The position numbers and the translations under genes are program-made. The notes under the pieces were generated by a model. The model was not told where the DNA came from. It made no database searches and was given only the letters and a program-made list of their open reading frames with translations. Positions 11,700-20,506 of a stretch of DNA of 64,000 nucleotides are shown here, piece by piece (the stretch's first letter is position 1; the number at the start of each line of letters is the position of its first letter). Location: positions 206,404-270,403 of the forward strand of contig PBCF01000002.1 in NCBI GenBank assembly GCA_002716945.1. Direction: 5' to 3'. Source of the DNA: Gammaproteobacteria bacterium (GTDB lineage Bacteria > Pseudomonadota > Gammaproteobacteria > GCA-002705445 > GCA-002716945).

Positions 11700-13430
11700 A
11701 TGCCTTTGATAGAAATATCTGATCCTGAAGAGAATATATTAAAAAAGAAAAGATTTGTTGTTGGTATTGACTTAGGAACTACTAATTCTTTGATAGCTTC
11801 AAGAGACAAGACTACCAAATTTTATGGTGATTTACACTCATCAATTATAGATATTTCAGAAGATCCAAAATCCCCTTTGATAATTAAATCTATAAAACGA
11901 TTGATGGGCTTAACATCTGAAGAAGTTAAAAATAATATTGATAATTTATCATATGAAATAGATTTATCTAATAATAAGCTACCAATGATAAAAAATAAAT
12001 CAGGAAAAAACTTTAGTGCAATTGAAATATCATCATTAATTCTTAAGAATTTAAAAACAATTGCCGAAAATGAAGAAGAAAAAACTATTGATGGTGCTGT
12101 TGTCACAGTACCAGCATATTTTAATGATGTACAAAGACAAGCAACTAAAAAATCTGCTGAATTAGCAGGTTTAAAAGTATTAAGATTATTAAATGAGCCC
12201 ACATCAGCAGCAATAGCATATGGATTGGATACTGGAGAAACTGGAAATTTTATTGTCTATGATTTTGGTGGTGGAACTTTTGATGTATCTATTTTAAATC
12301 TTGATAAAGGAGTTTTTAAAGTTTTATCGACAGATGGCGACACTACTTTAGGTGGAGATGATATAGATATCTTGTTAAAGAATCATTTAAATATAGATAA
12401 AGATAAATCACAAAAATTAAAACAAAAATTATGTGAAACAAATTCTGATACAGATCTAATTACTATCAATACTTTTAATAGTCTAATTAAAAATATAATT
12501 GACAGAACAATAGATATTACAAAAAATGCAATTGCAAGATCAAGATTATCCGAAAATGATATTAAACAGATTATTTTAGTTGGAGGTTCTACAAGAATTC
12601 CTTTGATAAAAGAATCACTTAAAAAGAATTTCAATTGTAATATTTTAGATAATATTGATCCTGATCGTGTTGTAGCTGAAGGAGCAGCTATACAAGCTAG
12701 TATATTATCTGGGAACAATAAAGATGATTTATTATTGTTAGATGTTTTACCTCTTTCGTTGGGAGTAGAGACTTATGGGGGTTTATCTGAAAAAATAATC
12801 ACTAGGAACACACCTATACCTGCTACTGCTTCTAAAACCTTTACTACATTCAAAGATGGTCAAACTCAATTGCTTATTCATATTATTCAAGGCGAAAGAG
12901 AATTAGTAGACAAATGTAAATCTTTAGGAACATTTACTCTTAAAAATATACCATCTATGGTTGCTGGAGCAGCAAGGATTAAAGTTCAATTTCAGATTGA
13001 TGTTGATGGATTACTTCTGGTTTCTGCAGAAGAAGATTCTACAGGAGTAAATGCACACATAGAAATTAATCCTTCTTATGGTATTGATGAAGATGAACTT
13101 ATTAAAATGATAGAAGAATCGAATAAATCAGCTGAAATCGATATGAATGCCAGAAAACTTTATGAGAGCAGAGTAGAAGCAGAAAGAGTAATTTATGCAA
13201 TTACTGAAGCATTGAAAAAAGATGCTAACGAACTTTTGAGTAAGACTGAATTAAGTTCAATTACAATATGTTTAGATAACTTAAAAAATAAAATTAAAAG
13301 TGATAATTCTGAGGAAATTAGTTCAGCTGTACAAGAGCTAGAAAAATCTTCTGAATTTTATGTAGAAAGACGAATGAACAGAAGTATAAAGTCATTGATT
13401 GCAGGTAAAGGGATTGATGATATAATTTAG
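11700..13430 (+). CDS. hscA: Fe-S cluster chaperone HscA (Hsp70 family)
   Basis: 576-aa Hsp70 ATPase (GIDLGTTNS, DFGGGTFDVS, ILVGGSTRIP). Confidence 0.95.
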   Translation: MPLIEISDPEENILKKKRFVVGIDLGTTNSLIASRDKTTKFYGDLHSSIIDISEDPKSPLIIKSIKRLMGLTSEEVKNNIDNLSYEIDLSNNKLPMIKNKSGKNFSAIEISSLILKNLKTIAENEEEKTIDGAVVTVPAYFNDVQRQATKKSAELAGLKVLRLLNEPTSAAIAYGLDTGETGNFIVYDFGGGTFDVSILNLDKGVFKVLSTDGDTTLGGDDIDILLKNHLNIDKDKSQKLKQKLCETNSDTDLITINTFNSLIKNIIDRTIDITKNAIARSRLSENDIKQIILVGGSTRIPLIKESLKKNFNCNILDNIDPDRVVAEGAAIQASILSGNNKDDLLLLDVLPLSLGVETYGGLSEKIITRNTPIPATASKTFTTFKDGQTQLLIHIIQGERELVDKCKSLGTFTLKNIPSMVAGAARIKVQFQIDVDGLLLVSAEEDSTGVNAHIEINPSYGIDEDELIKMIEESNKSAEIDMNARKLYESRVEAERVIYAITEALKKDANELLSKTELSSITICLDNLKNKIKSDNSEEISSAVQELEKSSEFYVERRMNRSIKSLIAGKGIDDII

Positions 13431-13436
13431 ACCATA

Positions 13437-13775
13437 ATGCCTAAAATTACTTTTTTACCTAATAAAGAAATATGTCCAGATGGTGCAACGATAGATGTAC
13501 CTTCTGGTGTAAGTATCTGTAGGGCAGCCCTTGATAATAACATACCCATGGAACACGCCTGTGAGTTAAAATGTGCTTGTACAACTTGCCATGTCTATGT
13601 GAAACAAGGGTATGAATCTCTTGTTTTACCAACCGATCAAGAAGATGATTATTTAGACAAGGCATGGGGATTGCAACAGAATTCTAGATTAAGTTGTCAA
13701 GCAATTATACAAGATAAGGATTTAATTATTGAAATACCAAAGTATACAATTAACCAAGTTTCAGAGAGTAAATAA
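13437..13775 (+). CDS. fdx: [2Fe-2S] ferredoxin Fdx of the isc operon
   Basis: 112 aa with adrenodoxin-type cysteine spacing ([12 protein letters not shown]...C). Confidence 0.9.
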   Translation: MPKITFLPNKEICPDGATIDVPSGVSICRAALDNNIPMEHACELKCACTTCHVYVKQGYESLVLPTDQEDDYLDKAWGLQQNSRLSCQAIIQDKDLIIEIPKYTINQVSESK

Positions 13776-13972
13776 TGGGATTAAAATGGACACATACACT
13801 TGATATAGCAATAGAGCTAGATGAAAAATATCCGCAAGTAGATCCTCAGACTGTTAGGTTTACAGATTTACATCAATGGATATGTGATTTAGATGAATTC
13901 GATGACGATCCATCGAAATCAAATGAAAAAATTTTGGAGGCCATACAAATGGCATGGATAGAGGAGAAATAA
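13775..13972 (+). CDS. iscX: Fe-S assembly protein IscX (YfhJ)
   Basis: 65-aa acidic protein in the canonical position after fdx. Confidence 0.85.
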   Translation: MGLKWTHTLDIAIELDEKYPQVDPQTVRFTDLHQWICDLDEFDDDPSKSNEKILEAIQMAWIEEK

Positions 13973-14379
13973 TGGCGATAGAACATACGCTCTCGATAAT
14001 TAAACCTGATGCTATAAATAGAAATATTATAGGATCTATTATCAATCTGATCGAGAAAAATGGTTTACAAATAATTGAAGCTAAGATGTTGCAATTATCT
14101 AAAGAACAAGCAAAAGCCTTTTATAGCATACATAATGGTGAACCATATTTTGATTCATTAGTTGAATATATAACTTCTGGTAAAATCATGGTTCTTAAAT
14201 TAGAAGGAGATAATGCAATCACTAGGTATAGAGAAATTATGGGTTCTACCGATCCTGAACATGCTGAAGAAGGAACTATAAGAAAAATATTTGCTGAATC
14301 TATGCAGAAAAATTCTGTTCATGGATCTGATAGTTCAGAAAGCGCTGAGACTGAGATTAAATTTTTTTTTAATAAATGA
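13972..14379 (+). CDS. ndk: Nucleoside diphosphate kinase
   Basis: NDK motifs ([15 protein letters not shown]). I chose the start at ATG 13972 (MAIEH...), which has a GAGGAGA SD 5 nt upstream and overlaps the iscX stop as TAATG. The ORF-track start at 13954 is an in-frame upstream ATG. Confidence 0.9.
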   Translation: MAIEHTLSIIKPDAINRNIIGSIINLIEKNGLQIIEAKMLQLSKEQAKAFYSIHNGEPYFDSLVEYITSGKIMVLKLEGDNAITRYREIMGSTDPEHAEEGTIRKIFAESMQKNSVHGSDSSESAETEIKFFFNK

Positions 14380-14388
14380 GATTATGTT

Positions 14389-15684
14389 ATGTCAGATAAA
14401 TTAATTAAATCTATAAAAGGTATTAATGATATTTTACCAGAAGATGTAGAGATTCTACAAAATCTTGAAAAAGTCATTTACAATATTGCTAATCAATATT
14501 GTATATCTGAAATCCGACTTCCATTATTAGAAAAAACCGAACTTTTTAAAAGGTCGATTGGTATTGGATCGGAAATTGTTGAAAAAGAAATGTATACCTT
14601 TGAAGATAATAACGGCGAATTAATTAGTCTAAGACCCGAAGGAACAGCTTCATGCGTCAGATGTGCTTTAGAAAATAATTTAATTTATGATAGAGGAATA
14701 AAAAAGAAAAAATATTGGTATCATGGTCCAATGTTTAGATATGAAAATCCACAAAGAGGCAGATTCAGACAATTCTATCAATTTGGTTTTGAATATTTTG
14801 GTTTCTCAAATATAGACAATGACGTTGAATTAATATCTTTGTGTAAACGTTTATTTATATCTAAACTAGATTTAACTAATATAAAACTTCATATTAATTC
14901 AATAGGCAACAAAGAAGATAGAGTCAAATATGCAGAGACTATTTCAACTTTTCTTAAAAAATATAAGAATGATTTGAATCAGATACAGAAAAATACTCTA
15001 GTTAGGAATCCAATGAGATTACTTGATAGCAAAGATAAAAAAATTCAAAATATACTTACAGATTTACCAAAATTTATCAATGTCATGTCAGATCATTCAA
15101 GAGTTAGATTTGAAAGTATTTTAGAAAAACTTGATGAATTAAAAATAAAATATTATGTGGATAATAGTATTGTTAGAGGTTTAGATTATTATAATGATAC
15201 TGTCTTTGAGTGGAAACATAGTTCTTTAGGTAGTCAAGATGCAGTGTGTGCTGGTGGAAGGTATGATGAATTGGTAAAAGAAATTGGTGGTGTATCAGTT
15301 CCTGCCATGGGGTTTGCGTTCGGAGTTGAGAGACTGTTAGATTTAATAAGAGATAATAAAAAATTATCTTATACGAGACCAAGAATATTATTAATCAATA
15401 TATCAAAGGAAAATAGTTATAAATATTTTCTTAAATTTGAAGAACTAAGAGATAAATACCATGCTATTAAATTTTATAACTATAATGTTGATGAAAATTC
15501 AAGTTTAAGAGCCGCTCTTCAATTTGGATCAAAAAACTTAAATTGTAAATATGCCGTTATAATAGGTGATTCAGAATTGAGTGATAACCTCTACACGCTT
15601 AAAGAGTTCCATGCAAAAAATGAAGATAAAAAAATTTCTCAAAATGAATTAGATAAAATATTAAAGGATATAAATAATGGATGA
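14389..15684 (+). CDS. hisS: Histidine--tRNA ligase
   Basis: 431-aa class II aaRS with HisRS motifs (RPEGTASCVR, YWYHGPMFRYE, GGRYD). Confidence 0.95.
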   Translation: MSDKLIKSIKGINDILPEDVEILQNLEKVIYNIANQYCISEIRLPLLEKTELFKRSIGIGSEIVEKEMYTFEDNNGELISLRPEGTASCVRCALENNLIYDRGIKKKKYWYHGPMFRYENPQRGRFRQFYQFGFEYFGFSNIDNDVELISLCKRLFISKLDLTNIKLHINSIGNKEDRVKYAETISTFLKKYKNDLNQIQKNTLVRNPMRLLDSKDKKIQNILTDLPKFINVMSDHSRVRFESILEKLDELKIKYYVDNSIVRGLDYYNDTVFEWKHSSLGSQDAVCAGGRYDELVKEIGGVSVPAMGFAFGVERLLDLIRDNKKLSYTRPRILLINISKENSYKYFLKFEELRDKYHAIKFYNYNVDENSSLRAALQFGSKNLNCKYAVIIGDSELSDNLYTLKEFHAKNEDKKISQNELDKILKDINNG

Positions 15685-16291
15685 TAAATTTATAGATGAT
15701 GAAGAAAAATTAATTTCATGGATCAAAGAAAATTATAAGAATATTTTTATTGGATTTATAATTGGATTATCATTTGTTTTATCTTATAAATATCACCAAG
15801 ACTCACAGAATAACTTAAATGCTGATTTATCTTATGAATATCAAATAGCAATAGACAAATATAATTCAGGAGATAAAGTATATTTAATGAACAAAGCAGA
15901 AGAATTATCAACTAATTATCCCAGCAATACATATACTAATTTAATTAATTTATATGTAGTAAAACATTTAGTTGATAACGATAAAATTTCCGAAGCATTT
16001 GATATACTTAATCATATAATAGAAAATACCACATCTGAAAATATAAAAAACTTAGCATACATTAGAAAAATTAGATTATTAGTATCAGATAATCGTCTGG
16101 ATGAAGCTTTAACCATCATAAAGAAAATAAATAACAATCAAAATTATTTACTACTTGAACTATCAGGTGATATTTATTATAAGCAAAATAATATTAATTT
16201 AGCCAGAGATGCCTATAATGAAGTTTTGAGATTTGATATAACTCCTAATAAAAGAAAATTAATAGAAAATAAAATATCGTCAATACAATGA
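15677..16291 (+). CDS. yfgM: YfgM-like ancillary SecYEG translocon subunit (TPR-like, single N-terminal TM)
   Basis: 204 aa with one TM helix, in the conserved hisS-yfgM-bamB-der order. Confidence 0.75.
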   Translation: MDDKFIDDEEKLISWIKENYKNIFIGFIIGLSFVLSYKYHQDSQNNLNADLSYEYQIAIDKYNSGDKVYLMNKAEELSTNYPSNTYTNLINLYVVKHLVDNDKISEAFDILNHIIENTTSENIKNLAYIRKIRLLVSDNRLDEALTIIKKINNNQNYLLLELSGDIYYKQNNINLARDAYNEVLRFDITPNKRKLIENKISSIQ

Positions 16292-17529
16292 AGCTTTACA
16301 AAAAATCAATTATTTTAATTTTCTTATTATCATTATCTAGTTGTAGCTATTATGATGAACTATATGATCAACTATTTGATGTAACTAAGAAAGAAGTAGT
16401 TCCCAAAGTCACTTCTAGTAAATCAGTAAATATTGAAAAATTATGGTCTACAAGTATTGGAGATGGTCGCTTAAGTAATAGCACCATTCTTCAACCTTAT
16501 TTTGATGGATTTAAAACTATATACTCTGTTGATTATAAAGGTTTAGTAACGGCTATAGATATACAAAGCGGTGATAAATTATGGTCAACTAGAACTAATT
16601 ATAATAATAATATAACTTCAGGAATAAGTTATCATGATAATATTGTTTATTTTGGTACACTTGACGCTAAATTATATGGATATGATATTGATTATTTAAA
16701 AGATAATGAAAGTTATTTTGAATCAATTGATGTAACATCTATCCTTACAAAAGATATCTTACAACCAACTAAAGTTTTACAACTCGACAGTGAAATAGTA
16801 TCCCCAGCTATCCATTCAGACGATCAAATCTTTTTGAGAACTAGTAATGGTTATGTTTATGCGTATAATTTGAATTCTCAAATATTAAATTGGCAATATA
16901 TTGGTCGAAATATTCCTTTAAGCATCAAAGGTTCTGGTAGACCAGTGTTAGATTTTAATAACATATATGTTGCAAAAGATGATGGAACTATTATTTCGTT
17001 AAATCAAAGTACTGGAAAATTAAATTGGTTGGCATATATTTCGCCAAGATCTGGTCGCAATGAACTTGAATCTCTTAGAGATGTTGAGATGACACCTCTG
17101 CTACTTGATGACATGATTTATGTTGGATCTTTTCAAGGTAGCGTAGTTGCTGTTAATACCAACACAGGTAACACAATGTGGACACTGCCTCTTTCAAGTT
17201 TATCTAATATAATAAACGATAATAACGAACTTTTTATTACTACCAGTGATGGTGATTTATATTCTATTGATATATATAACGGAAATACTATTTGGAAAAC
17301 TAGTTTATCTCAAAAGAAAAAATTGAGCCATCCAATTTCATACGATAATCTAATAATAGTATTTAATGAGAATGGATTTGCATACTTTGTGGATAAAAAT
17401 GATGGTTCAATAATTAATTATAAAAAAATGACAGACCAAATTGATCATCAGATTGATATAATAAAAAAAGATAATACTATATATGTGCCTTCAAAAAATG
17501 GTAGAATATCAGCTTTTGTAATTAATTAA
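16288..17529 (+). CDS. bamB: Outer membrane protein assembly factor BamB
   Basis: 413 aa with a lipoprotein signal and lipobox (LLSLSSCS) and PQQ-like beta-propeller repeats (multiple L/WxT motifs). Confidence 0.9.
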   Translation: MKLYKKSIILIFLLSLSSCSYYDELYDQLFDVTKKEVVPKVTSSKSVNIEKLWSTSIGDGRLSNSTILQPYFDGFKTIYSVDYKGLVTAIDIQSGDKLWSTRTNYNNNITSGISYHDNIVYFGTLDAKLYGYDIDYLKDNESYFESIDVTSILTKDILQPTKVLQLDSEIVSPAIHSDDQIFLRTSNGYVYAYNLNSQILNWQYIGRNIPLSIKGSGRPVLDFNNIYVAKDDGTIISLNQSTGKLNWLAYISPRSGRNELESLRDVEMTPLLLDDMIYVGSFQGSVVAVNTNTGNTMWTLPLSSLSNIINDNNELFITTSDGDLYSIDIYNGNTIWKTSLSQKKKLSHPISYDNLIIVFNENGFAYFVDKNDGSIINYKKMTDQIDHQIDIIKKDNTIYVPSKNGRISAFVIN

Positions 17530-17536
17530 TTTTTCT

Positions 17537-18850
17537 ATGAATAATAAAGTAACAATAGTTGGCAGAACCAATGTCGGCAAATCACTTCTTTTTAATAAAC
17601 TTACAAGGAGTAAAAAATCTATTGTCATTAATAAAGAAGAAACAACTAGAGATATTAATCATGGATATATAGATTACAATGATAAGAAAATTCTTATAAA
17701 TGATACAGGAGGTATCACCAATTCTAAAAACTTTATAAATAAAGCAATTAAAGAGAAAATTAATTATTCGTTATCTAAGTCGTCACTAATTTTATTTATA
17801 GTTTCACAAGAAGATGGTTTCACAGTTTTGGACAAAGAAATTTGTGAGACTTTAAGAAAAAAGAATAAAAATATTATATTAGTAATTAATAAAACAGATC
17901 TAACTTCTAAAGATTATAACCAATCTGATTTTTATAATTTAGGAATATCAGACACTATTGAGATATCAGCTAAAACCAATAAAGGATTAAATGTTTTATT
18001 GGATGTTATCTTCTCTAAGTTTGACCAATTACCAGTTATCAATAATAAAGAAATATTATATAGAGTATCTTTGATTGGTAAACCAAATGTTGGAAAATCT
18101 TCTTTAATTAATAAAATATTAAATGAAAATATTATGATAACTTCTGATTTACCAGGAACAACTATAGATAGTATAGAAATACCATTTGAATTTAAAAAGA
18201 AAAATTATTCTATATATGATACGGCAGGTATATTTAAAAAATCTAAGACAATTACAAAAATACAAAAATATAGTGTTAATACAACATTGGAGACTATTAA
18301 AAGGACAGATATATGTATTCTACTCTTGAGTGCTGAAGAAGGTGTTACAAAACAGGATAAGATTATATTAGATAAAATAAAAAAATATAATAAACCTTAT
18401 ATTATAGTTATAAACAAGATAGATTTATTGAATAAACAAGAAATTAATCTATTAAAAAAAGAGATAGAATATTTTTCTAAAATAACTAACAAAGCATTTA
18501 TATTATTAACATCTGTAATTAAAAATAGAAATATAAAAAAACTTCTGGAATTAATAAACACAATTACTAATAATTTGCAAAAAAGATTTAAATCATCAAG
18601 ATTAACGAAAATTTTGTACGAATCTACTTTGGCTCATCCACCGCCAACTATCAATAATCGTCGTATCAAATTAAAATTTGCACAGCAATCTAAATCAAAA
18701 GAATTATCAATTTACATCTATGGCAATAAAGTTGATCAATTGCCTCTTTCGTACTTAAAATATTTACAAAATAGATATGAAGAAGAACTTAAATTACCTG
18801 GTACGCCAATAAAAATTAGTATCTCTAACGAAAAGAACCCATTTGATTAA
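17537..18850 (+). CDS. der: GTPase Der (EngA), double GTP-binding domain
   Basis: 437 aa with two P-loops (GRTNVGKSLL and GKPNVGKSSL) and a C-terminal KH-like domain. Confidence 0.95.
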   Translation: MNNKVTIVGRTNVGKSLLFNKLTRSKKSIVINKEETTRDINHGYIDYNDKKILINDTGGITNSKNFINKAIKEKINYSLSKSSLILFIVSQEDGFTVLDKEICETLRKKNKNIILVINKTDLTSKDYNQSDFYNLGISDTIEISAKTNKGLNVLLDVIFSKFDQLPVINNKEILYRVSLIGKPNVGKSSLINKILNENIMITSDLPGTTIDSIEIPFEFKKKNYSIYDTAGIFKKSKTITKIQKYSVNTTLETIKRTDICILLLSAEEGVTKQDKIILDKIKKYNKPYIIVINKIDLLNKQEINLLKKEIEYFSKITNKAFILLTSVIKNRNIKKLLELINTITNNLQKRFKSSRLTKILYESTLAHPPPTINNRRIKLKFAQQSKSKELSIYIYGNKVDQLPLSYLKYLQNRYEEELKLPGTPIKISISNEKNPFD

Positions 18851-18863
18851 TGGGTTCTTTATA
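18835..18863. terminator. Rho-independent terminator hairpin (potentially bidirectional) between convergent der and the DUF4242 gene
   Basis: A 7-bp GC-containing inverted repeat GAACCCA/TGGGTTC (18835-41 and 18851-57) with a 9-nt loop containing the der stop. It is followed by a T-run (TTTAT) on the plus strand and an A/T-rich tract on the other side. Confidence 0.6.
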
Positions 18864-18880
18864 AATATTGCAAAATATAA

Positions 18881-19192
18881 TTATTCAGCTGTTTTAGGAC
18901 TAATTACATTTTTTACTTCGCAGATATTATTTGCTGGGAATCCACCAGTTTCCGCATGTTGTTTGATTAGATCTTCATTATCTGCATTGTATATACAGAA
19001 AACTTTATCTCCCGTAACATAACTGTGAACCCACTCAATACCTGTACCCATGTCTTTTAGTACTCCACATGATTTTTGTGAAATTCCTTTAAGATCATCG
19101 CCGGATAAGTCTCCAGCTCCAGGTATTTCTCTTTCTATAACATATTGTGGCATTATAACCCTCCAATTTTCAATACAATCTATATTCTGCAA
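18881..19192 (-). CDS. Small DUF4242-like protein (SCO4226-type putative nickel-binding fold)
   Basis: 103 aa (MPQYVIEREIPGAGDLSG...KVFCIYNADNEDLIKQHAETGG...ICEV). The pattern resembles the DUF4242 family. Function unknown. Confidence 0.5.
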   Translation of the reverse strand: MQNIDCIENWRVIMPQYVIEREIPGAGDLSGDDLKGISQKSCGVLKDMGTGIEWVHSYVTGDKVFCIYNADNEDLIKQHAETGGFPANNICEVKNVISPKTAE

Positions 19193-19233
19193 CTAATTTA
19201 CTAATCCTTCAAGTAAAAAAAACCGATAAGTTA

Positions 19234-20061
19234 CTAATAAGACAGAAATAATTCTGGATTTACATATGTTTGATTTAATGAAACAGACCAATGTAAATGA
19301 GGACCAGTAGATGCACCTGTTGAACCAATTTGACCAATTACCTGTCCTTTATCAACAATATCACCTTTCTTGACAAGGATTTTACTGAGATGTAAGAATA
19401 TACTTTTTAACCCACTACCATGATTAATATAAACAAACTTTCCATTATAAAAAAAATTACCTACTAAAATTACTTCACCACTACTGGGGGCTAATACGTA
19501 GTCAGTTTCATCACCTGCTATATCATAACCATTATGATATCTACCTTCTACTCCGTTATAAAACCTTCTAGTTCCAAAAACACCGGTAACAACACCGTTA
19601 GCTGGCCTCACAAAACTTATATCAGGTTTATTAGATGTCCATATATCTCTGTATTTACCGATAGTATTTTTTTCTTTTGATATTCTTATTAACTGGTCAT
19701 TAGAAGGAGCTGTATATTTTTTTTTAATTTCAATAAATTGTTTGTCAAATTTTTTTTCTTTGACTATAAATTCAAATATTCTCTTAGATTTATTATTGCT
19801 GACAGTTATTTTATTTTTACCTACTTTAGTCTGATACGGCACTCCATATAGTAAATAATATTTGTCATTCCGATGTAATACTAGTAAGTTTATCTCATCT
19901 AGTTTATAACCAGATTGATATTCATTTTTTGAAATTTCAAAAAATATTACCCCTCCTTTATAAGAAACATATTTTTCACTAGATAATATAGTATTGGCAT
20001 ATACATTACATGTAGATATATAAATAAATATAATGAAAAATTTAAAAAAACTTGTTTTCAT
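19234..20061 (-). CDS. M23-family (LytM-like) peptidoglycan endopeptidase, secreted
   Basis: 275 aa with an N-terminal signal peptide. The C-terminal M23 domain carries HxxxD and HxH motifs (HNGYDIAG, GPHLHWSV). Confidence 0.85.
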   Translation of the reverse strand: MKTSFFKFFIIFIYISTCNVYANTILSSEKYVSYKGGVIFFEISKNEYQSGYKLDEINLLVLHRNDKYYLLYGVPYQTKVGKNKITVSNNKSKRIFEFIVKEKKFDKQFIEIKKKYTAPSNDQLIRISKEKNTIGKYRDIWTSNKPDISFVRPANGVVTGVFGTRRFYNGVEGRYHNGYDIAGDETDYVLAPSSGEVILVGNFFYNGKFVYINHGSGLKSIFLHLSKILVKKGDIVDKGQVIGQIGSTGASTGPHLHWSVSLNQTYVNPELFLSY

Positions 20062-20445
20062 TTAAATTAGGTTTTTACTATCCTTCCAACCCTTTTTATA
20101 ATATTTAGTTACCACAGTTGTAGTGATACCGCCTCTAATTTTCCAATATCCTGTTAAAATCATACATCTGGGCTTAATCAAACTACTTATATCTTTTAGT
20201 ATTTTATTGGTAATATCTTCGTGAAATGCACCTTCATCCCTATATGACGCCATATATAGTTTTAATGATTTTAACTCGACACACATTTTATCTGGAACAT
20301 AATTAATCGAAAATTCAGCAAAATCTGGTTGTCCAGTTAATGGACATAAACAGGTGAATTCATGAATTCTCATGCTGATTAGATAATCGTCTTTTGATTG
20401 AGGGTTGTCAAATGTATCAAGTATTTGTTTTCTTGGATTATTCAA
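20062..20445 (-). CDS. queF: NADPH-dependent 7-cyano-7-deazaguanine (preQ0) reductase QueF, short type-I-like form
   Basis: 127 aa with the catalytic Cys motif (CPLTGQPDFA) and the QueF signature E(S/L)K(S/A)hK(L/Y)(F/Y) (ELKSLKLYM). Confidence 0.8.
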   Translation of the reverse strand: MNNPRKQILDTFDNPQSKDDYLISMRIHEFTCLCPLTGQPDFAEFSINYVPDKMCVELKSLKLYMASYRDEGAFHEDITNKILKDISSLIKPRCMILTGYWKIRGGITTTVVTKYYKKGWKDSKNLI

Positions 20446-20506
20446 TTGTATTACCTATAGTAGCATTATAGCTGAGATAATATTATAATCTATATAGGGA
20501 CATTTT

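Noticed and set aside
13954-13974. Alternative ndk start at ATG 13954 (ORF-track start) and hflK start at GTG 34621.
   Set aside because: The downstream ATGs (13972 and 34630) reproduce the conserved N-termini ([13 protein letters not shown] and MAWNEPG). The ndk ATG has a proper GAGGAGA SD, and the upstream extensions are not conserved.
20446-20506. Possible preQ1 riboswitch in the queF 5' leader (type-I QueF genes are often riboswitch-controlled).
   Set aside because: Only a 5-bp A/U hairpin (CUAUA..UAUAG) is present. There is no recognisable preQ1-I or preQ1-II consensus, and the 61-nt leader is too short and AT-rich to judge by eye.
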